Shown: piece by piece, positions 61,300 through 64,000 of the stretch
Layout of the letters: each line of letters begins with the position of its first letter
Numbering within the stretch: position 1 is the stretch's first letter
NCBI GenBank assembly: GCA_036172245.1
Contig: JAYWIR010000003.1
Location: 3,720,001-3,784,000, forward strand
Source: Raillietiella orientalis
Lineage: Eukaryota
DNA: 64,000 nt
Direction: 5' to 3'
Position numbers and translations under genes: made by a program
Notes under the pieces: generated by a model
Told to the model about the DNA's origin: nothing
The model's input: the letters and a program-made list of their open reading frames with translations, nothing else
Databases searched by the model: none

Positions 61300-62560
61300 G
61301 AGGCACAGGGAGCTCCAGAGTTCGACTCAAGGACTTGTGTGCTCCGCATGGGAATGGCGGACTGGACCTCCTCGGAATGGAGACGATGGAGCGTCAGTCG
61401 CAGCTCAGAAGACTCGCCATTGAGGAGAGATGATGAACAACGGCCTGATGTGCACCAGCACGTCTCCTTGCCAAGAGCACAACCGGCTGCGAGAAACTGG
61501 CGTCCCTACCCGCGAACTGCACCACCTGGCTCCAGGAGTCCGTTGGCGCATGGGGGAAGATTCACGGCGCGAGTGAGGCATCAACGCTCGCAAGTCACTT
61601 GTCCACGCAGGAGATCGTCCGCAACCCGCAGAAGATGCGGTGAATCTCGTCTACCCCCATTTCCTCAGTGCTGTCCTTCCTAAGGAACTCAAGAGACAGC
61701 GTAATTCCTGCAAGGTGGGAAGTGACTTGCTGCATAGCAGCAAAGAAGAAACTTCTGGGGGCGTGGACAACTCGGGAAGTGACGGATGCTGCTGCAACCC
61801 CGAGTGTCTCACCACAAGGACTTGTACACTGGGGAAAGCCTCTCGATATATCTCCAGAGGAGGTGAAGCGTGGCCCCCAGCACGCTGGAACAGTGCAACC
61901 CTCCCCCTCAAGTGGCAGGGGTTAGCGTTGCTAGTGGTGCATGGGGGAATCCCATGCAAAGCGCACCTCCACCACTGGACACGGGGGAACGTGGAATTTA
62001 AGTGCGACAGGTGCAGAAAGGAAGAGACGCTCCGGCATCTGCCGTAGGACTGTGTTGCCCTTAGACCCCTTTGGGATCGTCTCGCGATAGCCCTAGGCGA
62101 CCCCAGCGACATTTCCAGACGCCTCTCTGTGCATGCCGTACTGCCGCTAGCCACCTCCCTCGCAGTTGTCTTCTGTCTTCGCGGGATCCTGGTGGTATGA
62201 AACGGCAGAAGAAGAGGCCGAAATGACAGAGACGCCATCCGTTGGGCGCGGATCTTCCTGAAGGCCGTCTCGAGATGGCCCCACCTGGACGAGATACGAA
62301 CGGAACTTGCCAGAATCCTGAACAGGATACAGAGAACGCCTGGCAGAATAGTGTGGTGTCTCCCTCGGTCCTTCCACCCTTCCCGTGTAAAATTTCCCCT
62401 ATCCTGTTTTTGTGTCTTCATTTTATTCTTTTGTTTCCCCTCCACCCACGCTGCCGAAGCGAACCTCGCCGGTCTGCATGTCGGTCTTCGGCAGGTTCCA
62501 AGCACCAGCGTTTCTACCGCACCAATGTTTTGTTTTATTACTTCATGTAATAAATTCCCC
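61300..62560 (+). mobile_element. L1/Tx1-like LINE ORF2 C-terminus (zf-RVT-like) + 3' UTR
   Basis: LKWQGLALLVVHGGIPCKAHLHHWTRGNVEFKCDRCRKEETLRHLP*DCVALRPLWDRL fits the CxxC-x-ETxxH-xxxxC-xxxxW zinc-binding tail of L1-clade ORF2. In-frame stops are present. Followed by a pyrimidine tract, hairpin and AATAAA at 62549. Confidence 0.8.
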
Positions 62561-64000
62561 AGTATGACAGGGCACTAATCATCTAAGGCTAATAGCAACG
62601 ATCACCCCGTGAGGTTGCTGCAGGCCTTTTTTTTAGAAGAAAAAGAATGATGTTCCTGGCATATGCATGACGATCACCTGTTCGTCAAGGTTTCTGAATA
62701 TCTCTAGACCGATGAAGGAAGGGTCGGGCCAATCAATCAACTCTTTGAAATCGAAACTTTGGATCACTTGGACATTACCATATTAGCAGAGGGAATCCTA
62801 GTGGTTGACACAATGAGATATATTAAACAGAAAATGATACATCAGTATAACACGCAGGCTGGCTTTGTGATATCTTCCCATCTGTGGCCTAGATATCCTG
62901 GGATCCCTTCTTCAAGACTCTCTCTATCTCGCTGAACATTTCCGTCATCGGTTTGTAGCTCACGCATATCTTGCTGCTCTGTATCTCCTTGAAATGATCG
63001 GCGTCATCCGGGCAAGTCGATGAGTCCTATAAACATCTCGGCTGCGCTGAGTACATGAGGCTGCCATGAAGTGCTCCATTTTTTCGGAGTGTAGGATTGG
63101 GGACTCCAATATCCCGAAGGACTCCATCGTTGTTTGGATCCCAGCACCCCTCCACTGATCCCACAATGAGGGCATGGACCCCTAGTAGGCAATCCTTTTC
63201 GACTCAGCTGTGAGCAATATCTCCGTGTTTAGTTTCTTTCTGTTGTCTAGGAGTGCTGAAATCGGTGTACTCTCCCCGTTTTCCAAACAGCAGGCGACTT
63301 CCCAAGTTGCCGGACGACTGCCCTTCTAAACTGCCGGATCCGGATGCAGGTTGGAATCAATTCCGGGGACGCACTTGGATTTCAGAGATCATCTTCTATC
63401 CAGCTGTTGTGGTAGCGGCAATGGGGAGTCTTTCTACTGTTGCATCGCGTCTGGCAGCGAACCGGGGAGGCTATTTCATGCAATGATTTATTGCACGAGG
63501 CGAGGTCCCCTCCCACAGTCCACATCTGCGGCACGAGAGACCCCTAAGTAGTCTTCCGGCCGTTTCACATATGGGAAGCAAGTTTAATTTTGCTGCGTGG
63601 ATGAAATGGTTGTCCTCAGGTCGAAGGTAGTCTACGGAAGCAATGGAGTAGCTCGGTCGGCGATGAAGACACGGCGCATCCTCAGTCTCAAGGGCAAGTT
63701 CTTTCCGTGCGCGTCTACATTGAGTAGCCCGCAGCACAGCAGCAGCAAACTTCCTTCTTGAGACGGGCTCGAAAGGGATTCCTCTGAACCTTCGTTTTCG
63801 TCAAAAGAATGAAATTCCACTTCGCGGATGCACGGGAGGAGGTTCGCCTCCCCAGCCGTCCACGTACTCCTGATACGTCCACTAGCTCGAGCAAATTTCT
63901 CGTTCGTTCCAGCAGACAGGAACTTTCCCCAACACCCCCCCTCAGAAGGTGGTTGCAGAAATCTTTTTTCAAAATCACACCCCGGAAGGTGTCTATCTAT

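Noticed and set aside
62450..62497. HDV-like ribozyme interpretation of the ACCTCGC-containing hairpin
   Set aside because: The nested double-pseudoknot pairings could not be built, and it lies at the 3' end rather than the 5' end of the element.
62880..63980. Minus-strand fragments resembling a degenerate P-loop (LLRGGVGESSCLL) and LIDLPG
   Set aside because: Key GK(T/S) residues are absent, frames are broken and the region is cut by the window edge.

Overview
Eukaryotic, spliceosomal-intron-containing DNA from a GC-rich arthropod-like genome. The taxon is inferred only from the receptor families present. Two well-supported neuropeptide GPCR genes lie on the + strand. One is a multi-exon crustacean cardioactive peptide (CCAP)-type receptor with 8 coding exons at 1661-14447; its N-terminal exon was not found. 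The other is a myosuppressin-receptor-like GPCR whose 7TM region sits in one exon (57153-58274). Most of the rest is decayed transposable-element DNA. This includes many fragments of one L1/Tx1-like LINE family, a TTAA-flanked piggyBac-like non-autonomous element, and probable Tigger/pogo and MULE transposase relics. The LINE family has a conserved 5' UTR, an MNPGR ORF1 start, zinc-knuckle and zf-RVT relics, and a structured 3' UTR. An AT-rich island with nested inverted repeats lies at about 37.4-43.5 kb. Almost all long ORFs in the track are GC-rich shadow ORFs. No CRISPR, rRNA or tRNA was recognised. All alignments and identities are by eye.
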